DNA of 58,389 nucleotides from Gammaproteobacteria bacterium (GTDB lineage Bacteria; Pseudomonadota; Gammaproteobacteria; Comchoanobacterales; Comchoanobacteraceae): NCBI GenBank assembly GCA_040266255.1, contig JBDQEV010000001.1, positions 1 to 58,389 of the forward strand, read 5' to 3'. Shown piece by piece: positions 54,864 to 58,389 of this stretch (position 1 is its first letter; each line of letters starts with the position of its first letter). The notes under the pieces were generated by a model. It saw only the letters and a program-made list of their open reading frames with translations, ran no database searches and was not told where the DNA came from. The position numbers and the translations under genes were made by a program.

Positions 54864-55849
54864 TTGATTTCTAGTATATCTAAAGGAATATATGTAGCAA
54901 GGTGTGCAAGTATTCTTTGATCTAGCCAATAATATGGTGCATGGGGAGGGCCACTCATAAAGCCTATATGACCACCATGCTCATATACCTCCAGCTGAAC
55001 GTGTGGTGATATCTCATGTGGTTCTGGGATTTTATGGTAATTCACAATTGGGTCATTCTTTGCTGCGATTATCAGTGTGGGTTTTTTGATGAAGGGTAGA
55101 TAGTTACAACTACTAGAGTCATTATAGTACTCCTCTAATGAATCAAAACCATGTAGTGGTGCTGTAACCTTTCTATCTAGATCAATTAGAGATGAAACAC
55201 TATTGAGCTCTTTTAATAAAGATTCAGACGCACGCCCAGATCTCACTTTTTTACTGTACATTTTCTTAATATCTTGTAAAAACATTTGTTCATATAGTTT
55301 ACCGATGCCTTGCTGTATTGCAGTAGCTGTTTGGTGCAAATCAAATGGTGGGCATACTGCTACGCCAGTTGATGCTAAGTTAGATTGTTTCAGTTCACCA
55401 AATAACTTTAGTAGAATATTTCCACCCAATGAAAAACCAACAAGAGCAATTGGGGCTTGAGGGTTACGCTGTTTGATCAAGTTACAAATGAACTTGATAT
55501 CTTCAGTGTCACCGCTATGATACTGCCTTTCTAATCGATTGCTCTCACCACTACAGCCTCTGAAATGAAGTAGGCAAGCGTTCCAGTTAGTTTCATTTTG
55601 TATACGGTATAATAGTGAGTTGATGTAATGCGAGTTCACAGAGCCCTGTAGGCCATGTAGTAAAATGATTGTTGGTGCATTATTTTTACTGGTCCATATG
55701 CTTTCAATGAAATCACCATCTGGTAGTTCAAAGACTTCAGAAATAAAAGATATTTCTTGAGGTTTTTTAAACAAAAAAGGATAGAGCGTTTGTAGGTGAG
55801 GGTTAGGAAGCCACCAAGCAGGCTCGTATGTATGACTAGTGTTATCCAT
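54860..55849 (-). CDS. YheT-family alpha/beta hydrolase (ATG 55849)
   Basis: 'WWLPNPHLQT', 'LPDGDF', 'LHGLQGS..SHY', 'HFRGCSGE.N', nucleophile 'GFSLGGN', 'NDPIV', 'GGHIGF'. Confidence 0.92.
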   Translation of the reverse strand: MDNTSHTYEPAWWLPNPHLQTLYPFLFKKPQEISFISEVFELPDGDFIESIWTSKNNAPTIILLHGLQGSVNSHYINSLLYRIQNETNWNACLLHFRGCSGESNRLERQYHSGDTEDIKFICNLIKQRNPQAPIALVGFSLGGNILLKLFGELKQSNLASTGVAVCPPFDLHQTATAIQQGIGKLYEQMFLQDIKKMYSKKVRSGRASESLLKELNSVSSLIDLDRKVTAPLHGFDSLEEYYNDSSSCNYLPFIKKPTLIIAAKNDPIVNYHKIPEPHEISPHVQLEVYEHGGHIGFMSGPPHAPYYWLDQRILAHLATYIPLDILEIN

Positions 55850-55967
55850 ATTTGAAAACCAGTAATCGATTAATAACGGTAAAGATGTTTTTGAAAACTT
55901 TACTCTAATATATGTTATCATATTTTGAGTGAGATGAAACAACTGAAACTGTTACAGAGAGAAAATT

Positions 55968-56759
55968 ATGCCCGTTTTTAAATCAGTAGCCATTCAATCC
56001 TTTTTAAAAGATAGCCAACAATATGTTTTACAAATTGAAAAGCTTATTGAAAAAATGAATATGCACAAAGTTAAAGACGGTGAGTTACCGGATTTAGTGA
56101 TTTCTATAGGAGGGGATGGGACCTTGTTGCACCATGCAAAATATGCGCATCAGCATCAAATTCCTATATTGGGTATTAATGCAGGCCAAGTTGGATTTTT
56201 AGCAGATGTAGAATGTGATGGGGACGGGGTTTTAGAATCAATCTTTCAAGGTCACTTTATTGAAGATGATAGAATTGTGTTAAGTTGTGAGCATCAAGGT
56301 GAGCAGTACTTAGCAATTAATGAAGTGATGGTTTCAAAAGTGAACTCAACACAGTTGATTCGTTATGAAGCATTTATAGATGATCGATTTGTATATGAGC
56401 AGTTGGGTGATGGTTTAATTGTGTCTACACCAACTGGGTCTACAGCATATTCTTTATCGGCTGGTGGACAAATACTGCATCCAAATATAGACGCTGTATC
56501 GTTGGTTCCAGTATGTTCTAGACATCTATCCTCCCGAGTTTTAACGATACCAGCAACATCTGAGGTTAAATTGAATGTGACGCACTGGAAAGGTTCTGAG
56601 GCGGTTCTATCAATAGATGCAAATGCAATTACAAAAGGACATGAGATTAAGAGTATTACAATTAAAAAGCATGCAAAAGTATTAAAACTGATTCATCCAA
56701 GGCATTACGATTTTTATGATACACTACAAAACAAACTGAACTGGGAAACAAAAGTTTAG
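55968..56759 (+). CDS. nadK: NAD kinase
   Basis: 'GGDGTLL', 'GINAGQVGFL', 'AINE', 'DGLIVSTPTGSTAYSLSAGG'; nadK-recN order. Confidence 0.96.
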   Translation: MPVFKSVAIQSFLKDSQQYVLQIEKLIEKMNMHKVKDGELPDLVISIGGDGTLLHHAKYAHQHQIPILGINAGQVGFLADVECDGDGVLESIFQGHFIEDDRIVLSCEHQGEQYLAINEVMVSKVNSTQLIRYEAFIDDRFVYEQLGDGLIVSTPTGSTAYSLSAGGQILHPNIDAVSLVPVCSRHLSSRVLTIPATSEVKLNVTHWKGSEAVLSIDANAITKGHEIKSITIKKHAKVLKLIHPRHYDFYDTLQNKLNWETKV

Positions 56760-56798
56760 TAGGGTGGCTAGAGGAATAATACATACTAAAATAACATA

Positions 56799-58373
56799 AT
56801 GATTAAAGATATAGAAATTAATAACTTTATATTAATACAGTCTGCTAAATTGACGTTGGGCGCAGGATTCAATGTCATTACTGGAGAATCTGGGGCCGGA
56901 AAGTCACTTTTACTCAAGGCAATTCGCTTTGCATTTGGTGCAAGAGCTACAAAAAGTATTATTGGACAGTGGGGTAAGTCTGCACACGTTAAAATATCAG
57001 TTGATATAGCAGGTCATCAACTATCATCACAATATGGTGCAGTACTTGAAATTGATCATCAGCTTTCAATGTCTAAAAGAAGCATAAAGGTCAATAATAA
57101 AGTAGTAACACTATCAGAGCTGCAAAAGATATATCAATTATTGGTGCTAGACTGCCAGCAAAGCAGTGAACAGTTATTAAAACAACAAAAACATCAGCAG
57201 TTATTATTAGATCAAACGATTGATGCAAATTGTATAAAAAGCTTTAATACAATGTTGTCAAAATATGATGATTTAAAAATAACATATACTCAGTTGCTAA
57301 ATAGCATGTCAATGGTTGATGATTTAGAATTAATGCAGTATCACACAAATGAATTAGGTAATGCGCTAGATATTGAGAGCAATATTGAGAATCTACATGA
57401 GATTGTATATCAAGATAGGCAGCTTGCGGATATAGCATCAAAAGCTAATGTTTTATCCAGTGTCTTAAGTGAAGCTGAGCGTAAATTGGCTATATTTACA
57501 GGCTTAGAAGATTATCAAGATTTAAAAGAGCAGAGTATAGAGCTAAAAGATGCAATCGATGTCATGCAGGAGAAAATTGAAGCACTAGAGGTGAGGCAAA
57601 AAGAGACCAACATGAAGGCACATGCTGCTAAAGAAACATTATCTAACTTGGGAGACTTAGCGCGCAAGCATAAAGTACCTGTGAGTGAGCTACCAGTGTT
57701 CCACAAAAATATGCAAGAACAAATTAATACTATACAAACTGCTATAGATCAGTTGCCTCAGATTGAACAAGAAACTGCTTTATACAAGGAACAGTTAATG
57801 GTCGCAGCTGATATCCTTTATCAAAAAAGAGTATTAGGTGCGCAAGTGCTGCAAAATAGAATTAACCAAGCATTACCTGCTCTAGGCATTGATGGTATGC
57901 AATGTGAAATCAATGTTTCAGAGGCAAAGCTATCTTATAATGGGGGATCAATGGTTCACATCGGCTTTAGTGTTTCTGGAAAGCCAGTTAAGTCAGTAGA
58001 GCAACTGTCAGGAGGTGAGCTATCAAGGGTAAGTCTAATGATACATGCATATTGTACGAAGAGTAAAATCATGCTTCTAGATGAAGTTGATGTCGGATTA
58101 AGTGGAGAAGCAGCGAAAAAAATGAAGTTATTCCTACAAGATCTTGCAAGTCGTGCGCAAGTTGTTGCAATCAGTCATTTAGCACAAGTTGCAGCAAGTG
58201 CAGCTCATCATATCAAAGTGACAAAGTATATTGCTGATCATGAAATCGAGAGTCGTATTGCTGCAATAGGACAAGAGGATCTGATCAAAGAAATTTCACG
58301 TATTTTGAGTGGTGGTGAGTCTGAAGTTGCGCTTGCACATGCAAAAGAGTGTATTGAGGAGGGTGTATTATAG
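56799..58373 (+). CDS. recN: DNA repair protein RecN
   Basis: 'ITGESGAGKS', coiled coil, 'LARKH', 'SGGELSR', 'LDEVDVGLSG', 'ISHLAQVA'. Confidence 0.93.
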   Translation: MIKDIEINNFILIQSAKLTLGAGFNVITGESGAGKSLLLKAIRFAFGARATKSIIGQWGKSAHVKISVDIAGHQLSSQYGAVLEIDHQLSMSKRSIKVNNKVVTLSELQKIYQLLVLDCQQSSEQLLKQQKHQQLLLDQTIDANCIKSFNTMLSKYDDLKITYTQLLNSMSMVDDLELMQYHTNELGNALDIESNIENLHEIVYQDRQLADIASKANVLSSVLSEAERKLAIFTGLEDYQDLKEQSIELKDAIDVMQEKIEALEVRQKETNMKAHAAKETLSNLGDLARKHKVPVSELPVFHKNMQEQINTIQTAIDQLPQIEQETALYKEQLMVAADILYQKRVLGAQVLQNRINQALPALGIDGMQCEINVSEAKLSYNGGSMVHIGFSVSGKPVKSVEQLSGGELSRVSLMIHAYCTKSKIMLLDEVDVGLSGEAAKKMKLFLQDLASRAQVVAISHLAQVAASAAHHIKVTKYIADHEIESRIAAIGQEDLIKEISRILSGGESEVALAHAKECIEEGVL

Positions 58374-58389
58374 TGTTGTTCATAGGTAC

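Overview
An AT-rich (GC roughly 35-40% by eye), very gene-dense chromosomal window from a gammaproteobacterium related to Legionellales/Coxiellales, probably host-associated and genome-reduced. About 33 kb encodes a near-complete Dot/Icm type IVB secretion system. icmX-orf-icmW lies at 5.5-8.1 kb. The main block at 23.1-54.9 kb holds dotA/icmV, dotBCD, icmT-icmS-icmQ(?)-icmP-icmO-icmN-icmL-icmL'-icmK-icmE-icmG-icmC-icmD x3-icmJ-icmB. The rest is housekeeping genes: fis, aspS, yebC, ruvCAB, ssb, acnA, rph, gmk, rpoZ, spoT, pcnB, feoABC, murJ, cysS, nadK and recN. The most unusual feature is paralog expansion of membrane components: four full-length, strongly diverged DotA/TraY genes in one array, three tandem IcmD/DotP genes and two IcmL/DotI genes. 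This resembles the VirB6/VirB2/VirB8 expansions of Rickettsiales type IVA systems. Other notable points: a DotK-like protein with no cysteine, a very divergent IcmQ candidate with no icmR/fir partner, a MidA-like methyltransferase inserted between dotD and icmT, and 15 kb of core genes separating icmW from icmV/dotA. I recognised no rRNA, tRNA, CRISPR array or mobile element. All assignments come from motif recognition and gene order, not database searches.
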